DNA of 51,406 bases from a virus. Location of the stretch: the IMG/VR virus record IMGVR_UViG_3300027606_000001, positions 1-51,406 of that record. The stretch is one strand, 5' to 3'. Each line of letters opens with the position of its first letter. Position 1 is the first letter of the stretch. The notes beneath the pieces were generated by a model. The model saw nothing but the letters and a program-made list of their open reading frames with translations, was not told where the DNA came from and made no database searches. Of the stretch, positions 34,519 to 42,608 are shown piece after piece. The position numbers and the translations under genes were made by a program.

Positions 34519-35262
34519 ATGCCTGAGTGCATTACGGCTGTTGAAATCATAAGGCAGAGCCATCAGGGCTTTTCGATCAAGCCATTCATCATCCGTGGCG
34601 ATGATGGAAACACATACTTTGTGAAGGGTCATGAGAAAGCCGGCGGCCCAGCTCTGATTTCTGAGGTGCTAGGAGCAGAAATTGGATTGCGGATGGGTCT
34701 ACCAATTCCCCCATGGTCGCTTATGCACATCCCCGGAGAGTTGATTTCGTTCAGTGCCATGGCGAATGTCGACGACCTGCGCGGCGGGATGGCCTTCGCC
34801 TCTCGAGCGGTTGAGAATGCGACCGACTTCAGCTTGAGCAGCATCGATTCGACGCCTGCAGATCTCCGCCGAAGGATCCTCCTTTTCGACTGGTGGGTAC
34901 GAAATGGGGACCGTTGTCTTGGCCAGCACGGTGGAAACGTCAACCTTATCCTCGACTCAAACGGCGACCTCAACGTGATCGATCACAATCTCGCGTTTGA
35001 CAGAACCTTCGATCCCCAGGCATTTATGGAGTGGCACGTTTTCCGCGAATGCAGGTCATTCTTCCGAGATCTGGTTGTTCGTCAGGAGTACATGCAAATG
35101 CTTGGCGGGATAGTCGACAGCTGGGGTACGATCACCGACCTTTTGCCAGAGGACTGGCTGTATCGGGATGCGGATCAGATAGATCAAACGGAGCCGACGG
35201 TAGCTGAAAGGCTGGAAATGCTGGAAGTGTTCAGGGACGAGCGGTTCTGGGGAGCGCTATGA
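34519..35262 (+). CDS. Putative HipA / PI3K-4K-like protein kinase-fold protein (247 aa)
   Basis: TYFVKG (candidate ATP Lys36), WWVRNGDRCLGQHGGNVNLI (catalytic-loop-like D131, N140/N142) and VIDHNLAF (DFG-like D155); A/T-richer than cI. Confidence 0.55.
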   Translation: MPECITAVEIIRQSHQGFSIKPFIIRGDDGNTYFVKGHEKAGGPALISEVLGAEIGLRMGLPIPPWSLMHIPGELISFSAMANVDDLRGGMAFASRAVENATDFSLSSIDSTPADLRRRILLFDWWVRNGDRCLGQHGGNVNLILDSNGDLNVIDHNLAFDRTFDPQAFMEWHVFRECRSFFRDLVVRQEYMQMLGGIVDSWGTITDLLPEDWLYRDADQIDQTEPTVAERLEMLEVFRDERFWGAL

Positions 35263-36095
35263 AGTACATCTGCAACTACTCTATTTTGAGGTTCTTGCCT
35301 TACCCAGAAACAGGCGAATTTGTGAACATTGGGGTCGTCTTGATCGCCAACAATGGTGACTTTCGCTTCAAAATTGAGAAGAAGCGTCAGCGAGTGACGA
35401 ATTTCTTCCCCAGCTTGGAGGCGAAGATTTTCCTTCGCGCTCGACGTGAGATTGAGGCGGAATTGACCAGGCTCAGCGGCTTCTTCACCACTGATCGGTC
35501 GGATCTCTCAGCAATCCTCGGCACTTTCAAGCATCTCATCCACCCTCGTGAAACGATGATGCGATTTAGCGATCCTGGGACGATGGCAATTGAAAACGCT
35601 AACGACGCGATCAACGTGCTCTTTGACCACTACGTAAATCACAGCTTCGCCAACAAGGAGTATCAAGAGACCGTCCTTGAGCGACAGCTCGGAAAGCTTC
35701 TATCGTCCAACAATCTTAAGCAGAAATACAGCGACATGAAGCTTGGCAGCACTGACTACATGGTCAAATTTCCGTTCGTAATGGTTAATGGCAGTGAGCC
35801 GGTGCAAGCACTCAAACCCCTTCACCTGGGGCATGACGAGCCAGCCAAAATCATTGATCATGGCGACGCTTGGATCTCCAAAATTCGCCGCCTCAAGGGG
35901 ACAGGGGACCTAGCGCGAGATACCCTGTTCATAGCTGGGCCGCCCGAGGATGGCAGACCAAAACTGCTAAAAGCCTTCAAGGAAATTTGCAGCGAACTTC
36001 AAAATTTCCCAGGCGTGAGGGTTACCAGTACTGCTGAAACCCAGAAACATATTCTCGAGGAAATCCGAAAGGGAATCCCAGGAACAGTGCACTGA
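35259..36095 (+). CDS. DUF3037-like protein (278 aa)
   Basis: The N-terminus MKYICNYSILRFLPYPETGEFVNIGVVLIANNG matches my recollection of the DUF3037 signature; ATGA overlap with the kinase gene. Confidence 0.55.
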   Translation: MKYICNYSILRFLPYPETGEFVNIGVVLIANNGDFRFKIEKKRQRVTNFFPSLEAKIFLRARREIEAELTRLSGFFTTDRSDLSAILGTFKHLIHPRETMMRFSDPGTMAIENANDAINVLFDHYVNHSFANKEYQETVLERQLGKLLSSNNLKQKYSDMKLGSTDYMVKFPFVMVNGSEPVQALKPLHLGHDEPAKIIDHGDAWISKIRRLKGTGDLARDTLFIAGPPEDGRPKLLKAFKEICSELQNFPGVRVTSTAETQKHILEEIRKGIPGTVH

Positions 36096-36099
36096 TCTC

Positions 36100-36123
36100 A
36101 AGCCCGCCTCGGCGGGCTTTTTT
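36100..36123 (+). terminator. Intrinsic terminator ending the cI-cargo operon
   Basis: aagcccgc-ctcg-gcgggctt followed by ttttt. Confidence 0.8.
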
Positions 36124-36166
36124 CATGCTCGCGCGCCGGCCTGGCGCCTGAAACCTACCCTCCTGT

Positions 36167-36190
36167 AGCCCGCCGCTGAGCGGGTTTTCT
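36167..36190 (+). terminator. Second (tandem) intrinsic terminator
   Basis: agcccgc-cgctga-gcgggtt followed by ttct. Confidence 0.55.
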
Positions 36191-36207
36191 GTGCCTGAAC
36201 GAAAAAA

Positions 36208-36251
36208 TATTACCATCGGCATTGACAGCTAAATAATGCCATTGGTAATGT
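36208..36251 (+). promoter_or_regulatory. OL/PL-like operator-promoter
   Basis: TATTACCATCGGCATT (36208-23) and the inverted AATGCCATTGGTAATG (36235-50) flank TTGACA (36222-27) -N18- TAATGT; the same 16-mer family occurs at OR. Confidence 0.6.
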
Positions 36252-36799
36252 TTACTTCATCGAGGCGCTACACAGTCCCTCGGGAGGCCCCTCACCGGCC
36301 GCCGCTCTTTCACATTGATGGGAACCTCGCGGATCGATCCCGGCAACGGTACAGCGCGAGCAATAAATTCGATCCCCATGCCAGCTCTGGAACTGGTGAA
36401 CAGACCGCATTGCCTCTACCGGCGACCGGCGCCAGACAGCCCCGAAAGGCTGCCCACGACAGGGAGAACCCTGTACGGCTGACGAAGGCGAAATGCCTGA
36501 ACCGAGCGAATGACCTGGCAAGCAATGCGCCCCGCGAATCCCAGCGGCAGAAGGGAGAGACACCGATTCGAATTAGCGCCCCGAGCTTCAGCATGGGGCG
36601 CCGGACCTCATGCGCCCTGCCCCGACCAGTCAGGGCGCCAGAGCTGCAGCGAGCATGTTGTAAGGACCTCCGATCCATGGCGAACAGATGCTGATTCCCG
36701 CCATGAGGAGGAAGCTCGCCGCCCGAACCGACGACGAAGATGGCGCCAGACCTGCAATCAGCAGCGGGAATGGCGCACACATCGCTGACGCAAGAGACC

Positions 36800-36853
36800 G
36801 CGACCGACGCCAGTAGCGGATCGCGGTACATTCTCTCAACGCCCCTCTCGCGA
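36800..36853. repeat. 54-bp direct repeat, copy A (flanks the DUF1993-like cassette)
   Basis: gcgaccgacgccagtagcggatcgcggtacattctctcaacgcccctctcgcga; 45 of 54 positions identical to copy B. Confidence 0.8.
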
Positions 36854-36858
36854 TCGGC

Positions 36859-37377
36859 TTACTGTCGCAGATAGGCGAACATGTGCTGAACATAATCGGC
36901 CTTCCCGAGCGGAACGCCGTTGTGACGCAGAATGTTATAAGCAGTGACTAAATGGAAGTAGAACTGGGGTGTAACCCAGTTAACTGCGTACTCACTTCCA
37001 GTCATATCAAAATTAATGTTATTTGGTAGTTCGATTGCGATCTTGAGGTCTGCTGCTGCATCTATCGCTGCGGCATCAGCAGTTTCTAGAATATGTAACG
37101 TTCGCTCAATCAAAGCCTTTGCTGATGAAATGTCTTCTGGCGGAGAGAGCGTCTCAAGCGGCTGCTGTGTAAGTCGCTGAACCGCCTCCAGCCCTTGGAC
37201 GCACGCATATTGGACCTGCCGAGCAAGATTGTGCATATCAGGCGCCAGCCGAGACTCAAGCAAGACTACCGGATCGTAGCCCCCTTCAAGTGCGTGGGTC
37301 TCACCTTTGGACAAAATTTCCGATAGGGACCGTAACATTTGGGAAAAACAGGGGATTGTGATTGCATAAATGGACAT
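36859..37377 (-). CDS. DUF1993-like protein (172 aa)
   Basis: MSIYAITIPCFSQMLRSLSEILSKG...FYFHLVTAYNILRHNGVPLGKADY matches my recollection of DUF1993; A/T-rich; opposite strand to the early-left operon. Confidence 0.65.
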   Translation of the reverse strand: MSIYAITIPCFSQMLRSLSEILSKGETHALEGGYDPVVLLESRLAPDMHNLARQVQYACVQGLEAVQRLTQQPLETLSPPEDISSAKALIERTLHILETADAAAIDAAADLKIAIELPNNINFDMTGSEYAVNWVTPQFYFHLVTAYNILRHNGVPLGKADYVQHMFAYLRQ

Positions 37378-37525
37378 ATCTTTTCCCTAAGTGGTTGTTC
37401 GACACGGATGCAAGAAGCCAATGTTTATCAACTTCCCTGTGTGATGAATCTTAGCAGACAACGAAATCCCTTCTGGCAACAGCATTTTTTCTGGAAAAAG
37501 TTCTTTGAAATGGCGACTTGAGCCA

Positions 37526-37579
37526 GCGACCGACGCCAGTAGCGGGTCGCGGCAGATTTCCTCGGTGCCCTTCTCGCGA
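37526..37579. repeat. 54-bp direct repeat, copy B
   Basis: gcgaccgacgccagtagcgggtcgcggcagatttcctcggtgcccttctcgcga. Confidence 0.8.
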
Positions 37580-37618
37580 GGGGCATCAGGGAAATCACCC
37601 CAACAGAAAGGAGCTCAC

Positions 37619-37798
37619 ATGAGCGGATTCACGAAAGGCCAGGCCGTAATCCTCACCAACCCGCGCGGCGCCGAGAAGTCGGGCAAGTACCTGCGCACCG
37701 AAAACCTTGGCCAAGGTCGCGGCATGGGCCTGTACCTGGTTGTCGATGTCGCCGGCAAGGAGCTGAGAGCGCGAGCCAGCAAGGTGCGCGCTGCCTGA
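37619..37798 (+). CDS. Small protein (59 aa)
   Basis: SD aaaggag 6 nt upstream of the ATG; starts MSGFTKGQAVILTNPRGAEKSGKYLR. Confidence 0.6.
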   Translation: MSGFTKGQAVILTNPRGAEKSGKYLRTENLGQGRGMGLYLVVDVAGKELRARASKVRAA

Positions 37799-37854
37799 CG
37801 ATTCACTGATGCCGCTTCGATGAGGCGGCATTGGGAATCCACTGGAGGTCTGTC

Positions 37855-37974
37855 ATGTACTCGAAAAAACCTCAGCGCACCGAAAAGCGAAGCCGATTTG
37901 ATACTCGGGCGCAGCGCAAGGCCCGCAAGTTGACACGCCTAAAGGCCCTGCAGCTTGCGGCCTTCAGCAAGTAA
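37855..37974 (+). CDS. 39-aa Arg/Lys-rich peptide
   Basis: MYSKKPQRTEKRSRFDTRAQRKARKLTRLKALQLAAFSK (14 of 39 residues are K or R); SD ggagg 6 nt upstream. Confidence 0.5.
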   Translation: MYSKKPQRTEKRSRFDTRAQRKARKLTRLKALQLAAFSK

Positions 37975-37998
37975 TCAACCGCCCTGGAGGGCAAGAAG

Positions 37999-38172
37999 AT
38001 GTACCTGTTCATTTTCGAAGACGGATTGATCCAGAAAGCCAGCGCGGTTGGCGATGACGACTTGCAGGCCTGCGACGATGAATGCATTGAAATCATTGAC
38101 ATCACCGCCCCGGAAAATCCCAAACGTCGTTTCGATGGCGAGTGGGAGAAAATCGAATCCATCGACAACTGA
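37999..38172 (+). CDS. 57-aa acidic small protein
   Basis: Starts MYLFIFEDGLIQKASAVGDDDLQACDDECIEIIDI; SD ggaggg upstream. Confidence 0.5.
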   Translation: MYLFIFEDGLIQKASAVGDDDLQACDDECIEIIDITAPENPKRRFDGEWEKIESIDN

Positions 38173-38970
38173 TCAACCAACGCCAAGTGCCCGCCCATGC
38201 GGGGCTTCATCACCAGCGCAGAGCGTCCTGCCCCATAAACGATTCAGGGGAGACAGAACAGGGCGTTCTGCGGTGTTGATGCGGCGTTGGAAGCTGGGTT
38301 GAACGCTTCGGCGGCCCTGGAGAAACGCAGCTAGATGGCGCCCCGGCATAGCGCGGGAGCGTCGCCGACCGGTCGTTCCGAAAGGGCCCGGTCTTGCCGG
38401 ATTCGTGGCCGGCCATCAATACCAATCGCAGCCCCGCCGCCGAGCGGTGAAATCCCGACGCGACTTGATCGTGGGTCACGTGGCGGGGCTGCACCTATCC
38501 CTTGACTGCCAGGAAAGACTGGCCCGATGCCCTGCTCCCCATCCAAGGCTGCATCGGTGAGCGATCTGTTGAAGTCAGTAGGGCTCTTCCCGGCGCCGGG
38601 GATCCCGTAAAGGGCCGACCCTTGTCCGGCGGTTCCGCTGATACCGGTGTTACTGGGTGGTTCGACTCCATCCGCAGATCGTTCACCGATGCATTCTGCA
38701 TCACCTTCTTGAGTGCCGCTGCGATTCCAGCGCGCGATCACCGGAGGACTTGCCATGTAAAAGGACAGCGCGCCGAGGCCTTCCATCTCGGCACTGCCTC
38801 AGAGAGCAGCACCTTTGATGAAAGCCCGGGCAATCCTCGGGCTTTCACGTTTCACCCCTTCCCTTCACTTCGACCGCATTGGCAGGCGCCAGGCCACCTT
38901 TCACGGTGGGTTTGGTCACCTTCGCCTGGCTCCTGGCCAATGCGGCCGCGCAACCAACATGGAGGACGCC

Positions 38971-39399
38971 ATGGGCGCACTTCGAGCAGCACAGTTTGAG
39001 TACGACAACCGGATGCCGCCGGCGGTGATCGACGATGACGCCGAACAGGTGGAGTGGATCGAGAAGCACGCGGCTCAGCTGGTCCTGGGGTATCGGGTCG
39101 GCTGGGGCTACCGCGGCGAACGCGGCGAGATTACGCAGGCCGACTTCGCCCGGGCGGTGCAAGACCACTTGAACAACCGCCAGATCGACGGCCTTGACCA
39201 GCAGGATGCCTTAGGCAAGCTGGTCATGGCTGGCATGGGTACCGGCAGCGCAGGCTTCATCATGGAGTTGTGCACCTACCTTCTTGGCGGACCGAAGGCG
39301 CTCAAGGAGATCGCCGCCGACCTGATACGCCCGGTGGCCGCGAAGGCCGTCGCCGCCGAGCAGGATCGCGAGCGCGACATTCAGGAGTACGGATTTTGA
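38971..39399 (+). CDS. Hypothetical protein (142 aa)
   Basis: SD ggagga 4 nt upstream of ATG 38971; good GC3 codon style. Confidence 0.6.
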   Translation: MGALRAAQFEYDNRMPPAVIDDDAEQVEWIEKHAAQLVLGYRVGWGYRGERGEITQADFARAVQDHLNNRQIDGLDQQDALGKLVMAGMGTGSAGFIMELCTYLLGGPKALKEIAADLIRPVAAKAVAAEQDRERDIQEYGF

Positions 39400-39623
39400 A
39401 CAGCGCCGAGCAGATGCACGCCCTGGCGATCGGCGAGGTGATGTCGCAGCTTCGCCAGCTGGCCAAATCACCCACCCCTGTTCCGGACCAGACCTTTGTC
39501 CTAGGCATGATCGAGGGCTTCGAGAAGATCGGAATCTTCGACCTTCAGACCCTCACCAACATCCGCGACAAGGTCTTCGTCACCACTACTCAACGCGTTG
39601 AGCGACTGAGGGAATCAGCATGA
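39396..39623 (+). CDS. Hypothetical protein (75 aa, TTG start; alternative ATG 39414)
   Basis: TTGA overlap with the upstream stop; SD aggag 8 nt upstream. Confidence 0.5.
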   Translation: MNSAEQMHALAIGEVMSQLRQLAKSPTPVPDQTFVLGMIEGFEKIGIFDLQTLTNIRDKVFVTTTQRVERLRESA

Positions 39624-39790
39624 CCACAGCACCTGTGAAGTCCCTGATTGACGAGCAGCTTGAGCAGATCGAGCGCAGCCTGGCGATCATTGGCGTTGGC
39701 CTACCCCGCGAACTGCCGGTGCAGAAGCTGCCGCCGGAGATCGTCGCGGCGCTCAAGTCCGGCCAGATCGCTGTGAGGCCCCGGCCATGA
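39620..39790 (+). CDS. Hypothetical small protein (56 aa)
   Basis: ATGA overlaps at both ends; below the ORF-track cut-off. Confidence 0.5.
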   Translation: MTTAPVKSLIDEQLEQIERSLAIIGVGLPRELPVQKLPPEIVAALKSGQIAVRPRP

Positions 39791-39903
39791 CCCGCTACCA
39801 GCGAGCCCGGCGCTTTGCCACCTGGCGCGGTTCGTTCATCGCCCTTTCCTTCTGCACATTCTGGATGCTGGCCAGCGCACTGGCTGGCTCCATTACCCAA
39901 TAA
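39787..39903 (+). CDS. 38-aa single-TM peptide
   Basis: MTRYQRARRFATWRGSFIALSFCTFWMLASALAGSITQ; ATGA coupling to the upstream gene. Confidence 0.4.
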   Translation: MTRYQRARRFATWRGSFIALSFCTFWMLASALAGSITQ

Positions 39904-39947
39904 CCAACTTGTCAGCGCCCACCGCATGGATGGCGCGGGAGATTCGT

Positions 39948-41072
39948 ATGTCCGCAGAACAGAAACTGATCGCGATCGAAGAGATCAGCGAGGCGAACGC
40001 CCCGGCCATCTACGTGGCCGGCGGCCTGCAGCAATTCATCGACCTTGTGAAGGGTGAAGTCGAGGGCGAAGTGCCCGACCTGAAAACCCGCAAGGGCCGC
40101 GAGCGCATCGCCAGCCTGGCCGCCAAGGTTAGCAAGTCGAAGACCGCCGTCGAGAAGCCGGGCCGTGACTACCTGTGCCGCCTGAAGGAAATGCCGAAGG
40201 TGGTCGAGGCCGAGCTTCGCGACTTCGTGACCAAGATGGATACGCTGCGGGACGAAACTCGCCGGCCACTCACCGAGTGGGAAGCCGCCGAGGATGCGCG
40301 AATCGATCGCCACAACGACGCCATCACACGCATGAAGGATCTGGCTCTGGAACTGGGCTCGTTGGACGCCGAGCAGCTGCAGGCGCGCATCGCCGAGCTT
40401 TCCGCTTTCGTCCTGGGCGATGCCTGGGAGGAATTCGAGGCCGAGGCTGCTCGGGCCAAAGAGACCTCGCTGAATGCTGTGCAGTCCGCCTTGGCCGCCC
40501 GCCAGAAGTACGACGCCGAACAGGCCGAACTGGCCCGCCTGCGCCGTGAAGCAGAAGAGCGGGCCGAACTGGACCGTATCCGCCTGGCACAGGAGGCCGC
40601 AGTTGAGGCGGAGCGTCAGCGTGTGGCCCAGGAGCAGCAGGCAGAACGCGAAGCCGCAGCCCGCCGCGAGCAGGAACTGCTTGACCAGGCCGCAGCTCAA
40701 GAGCGCGAAGCCGAGAACCAGCGCCTGCAACTCAAGTTGCAGGCCGAGCAGGCCGAGCGCGCCCGGATTCAGGCTGAGGCCGACCGCGTCGCCACCGAAC
40801 AGCGGATGGAGCAGGAGCGCCAGGCCGCAGCCCGACGGCAGGAAGAAGCGGCAGAGCAGGCGCGTCAGGAAGAGCGCCGCCGAGCCGATGCCGCTGCCGC
40901 CGAGATCCTCCGCCAGCAAGAAGCCCGCGAGCGCGACAAGGCGCACCGCGCCAGCATCAACCGCGCCGCCCTGGAAGCCTTCGTCGCCGGCGGCATGACC
41001 GAGGAATGCGCCAAGCAAGCCATCACCCTGGTCGCCCAGCGCAAGATCCCAAACATCGCCATTTCCTACTGA
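39948..41072 (+). CDS. Coiled-coil protein preceding the recombinase (DUF1351-like by recall)
   Basis: 374 aa with a very long Glu/Arg/Ala/Gln coiled coil; upstream of the ERF gene. Confidence 0.6.
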   Translation: MSAEQKLIAIEEISEANAPAIYVAGGLQQFIDLVKGEVEGEVPDLKTRKGRERIASLAAKVSKSKTAVEKPGRDYLCRLKEMPKVVEAELRDFVTKMDTLRDETRRPLTEWEAAEDARIDRHNDAITRMKDLALELGSLDAEQLQARIAELSAFVLGDAWEEFEAEAARAKETSLNAVQSALAARQKYDAEQAELARLRREAEERAELDRIRLAQEAAVEAERQRVAQEQQAEREAAARREQELLDQAAAQEREAENQRLQLKLQAEQAERARIQAEADRVATEQRMEQERQAAARRQEEAAEQARQEERRRADAAAAEILRQQEARERDKAHRASINRAALEAFVAGGMTEECAKQAITLVAQRKIPNIAISY

Positions 41073-41082
41073 GGCAAAGACC

Positions 41083-41844
41083 ATGACCAGCGCAATCATT
41101 GTGCCCGACCAGCGCCGCCAGGCAGTGGCTGCGCCCGGCCCCGTCGATAACAGCATCATGGCGGTCATCAGCCGAGCGGCCGCCGATCCTACATGCGACA
41201 TCGAGAAGATGGAACGCCTCCTGGCCATGCATGAGCGCATGCAGGCCAAGACAGCTGAAGCAGCTTTCAACGCTGGCATGGCCCAGATGCAGTGCGAGAT
41301 CCCGACCGTGTTCGAAGCGGCGGTGAACCTGCACACCGGAAATGCCTACGCAACCCTCGACGACATCACCCGGGTGGTAAAACCGATCATGCAGCGGCAC
41401 GGGTTCGCGATCACCTTCAAGGTGGAGAACCAGGACAAGTCGATCAGCGTCACCGGCATCCTGATGCACCGCGACGGCCACCGCGAGCAGACAACCATGA
41501 CCCTGCCGGCCGATATCGGCAAAGGCCGGAACGATGTTCAGGCGGTCGGTTCGTCCACCACCTACGGCAAGCGCTACGTGATGTGCGCCTTGCTGAACAT
41601 CACAACCGGCGACGTCAGGGACGATGACGCGCAATCGTCGGACGGCTCCGATACGGCAGAAGTGCGGGCCCAGGCGGTGAACGACATCCTTGCCCAGGTC
41701 GAAGCTGCCGCCACGCCAGACGAGCTCAAGGATGTGTGGCAGGCATCCGTAAAGGTCATGCAGGCCAGCGGCGACAAAGCCGGATACGACGCGGTGAAGA
41801 TCGCCGTGACCAAGCGGAAAACAGTACTGGAGGCCACCCCATGA
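41083..41844 (+). CDS. erf: ERF-family single-strand annealing protein
   Basis: NAYATLDDITRVVKPIMQRHGF...STTYGKRYVMCALLNI is an ERF superfamily signature. Confidence 0.8.
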   Translation: MTSAIIVPDQRRQAVAAPGPVDNSIMAVISRAAADPTCDIEKMERLLAMHERMQAKTAEAAFNAGMAQMQCEIPTVFEAAVNLHTGNAYATLDDITRVVKPIMQRHGFAITFKVENQDKSISVTGILMHRDGHREQTTMTLPADIGKGRNDVQAVGSSTTYGKRYVMCALLNITTGDVRDDDAQSSDGSDTAEVRAQAVNDILAQVEAAATPDELKDVWQASVKVMQASGDKAGYDAVKIAVTKRKTVLEATP

Positions 41845-42608
41845 TCATCGTCAATTGCACCCAGGGCTCGCCCGAGTGGCTGCAGGCCCGCGCCGGCGTT
41901 ATCACCGCCAGCATGTTCAGCACCGCCCGTTCCAAAGTGAACGGGCTCACCACCCAGCAGCGCACCTACGTCGACGCAATCTTGGACGGCCGCAGCGAGG
42001 CCAAGGCGCGCGAACTGGCCGGCTACAAGGCTGCACCAAAGGCCGAGGTTGTGCAGCGTGCCCTGGATGGCGAGAAGGTCGGCGAGCCGTCCAATGCCGC
42101 CCTCACCTACGCCTTCGAGCTTGCGGTCGAGCGCATCGGTGGCGCCCCGCTCGATGGCGGGTTCGAGACCTGGCAGATGCGCCGAGGCCACGAACTGGAG
42201 CCGGAAGCCCGGATGGAGCATGAAATCCAGACGGGGCTGATCGTCACCCAGGTCGGCCTGGTGAAAACGGATGACGGCTCATTCGGCGCCAGCGCGGACG
42301 GCTTCATCGGTGAGGACGGCGGCAGCGAGTACAAGTGCTTCCTGGCTCCGGACAAGCTCCGCGCCTTCCATATCGACAACGACGCCAGCGACGTCATCGA
42401 CCAGGCGCAGGGCTGCATGTGGATCACAGGCCGGAAGTGGTGGCACATCGGGATGTACTGCCCCCTGCTCAAGCCGGTAGGCCGCCAGCTCTGGTGGCGT
42501 GAGTTCAAGCGCGATGACGACTACATCGAACAGCTCGAGCAGGACCTGTGGGAATTCAAGCTGCTGGTCGACGGCTTCGAGAAACAGTTAAGGAGCAAAG
42601 CAGCATGA
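41841..42608 (+). CDS. YqaJ / lambda-exonuclease-like recombination exonuclease
   Basis: [19 protein letters not shown] is the YqaJ N-terminal motif, and ...SADGFI...EYKC is PD-(D/E)XK-like; ATGA overlap with erf. Confidence 0.8.
   Translation: MIIVNCTQGSPEWLQARAGVITASMFSTARSKVNGLTTQQRTYVDAILDGRSEAKARELAGYKAAPKAEVVQRALDGEKVGEPSNAALTYAFELAVERIGGAPLDGGFETWQMRRGHELEPEARMEHEIQTGLIVTQVGLVKTDDGSFGASADGFIGEDGGSEYKCFLAPDKLRAFHIDNDASDVIDQAQGCMWITGRKWWHIGMYCPLLKPVGRQLWWREFKRDDDYIEQLEQDLWEFKLLVDGFEKQLRSKAA

Noticed and set aside
36236-36788. Plus-strand ORFs in the PL leader (36236..36694 and 36510..36788, the latter with an Arg-rich tail that looks N-like)
   Set aside because: Neither has an SD. Third-position GC is only mediocre and the sequences are low-complexity. 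They are kept only as a remote possibility under the leader finding.
38428-38492. Cobalamin-riboswitch-like GGTGAAATCC string
   Set aside because: Only this short string resembles the riboswitch core. The B12 box and surrounding conserved helices are absent, and the genomic context is wrong.
38562-38681. Possible tRNA gene (T-loop TTCGACT, acceptor-like and D-arm-like helices)
   Set aside because: It is 120 nt long, with two extra bases between the T stem and the acceptor helix, no canonical 7-nt anticodon loop with U33, and no CCA context. It is reported only as a tRNA-like module inside the structured region.
38331-38786. Minus-strand 151-aa ORF containing a Walker-A-like GIPGAGKS
   Set aside because: The rest of the translation is Gly/Pro/Ser-rich with no beta-strand context or Walker B motif. 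It is on the wrong strand for the operon and has no SD. This is probably a chance motif in GC-rich DNA, or possibly a decayed gene.
39912-41336. 474-aa minus-strand ORF
   Set aside because: It is antisense to the coiled-coil gene and the erf start. The repetitive GC-rich coding strand keeps the reverse frame open, and the translation is not protein-like.
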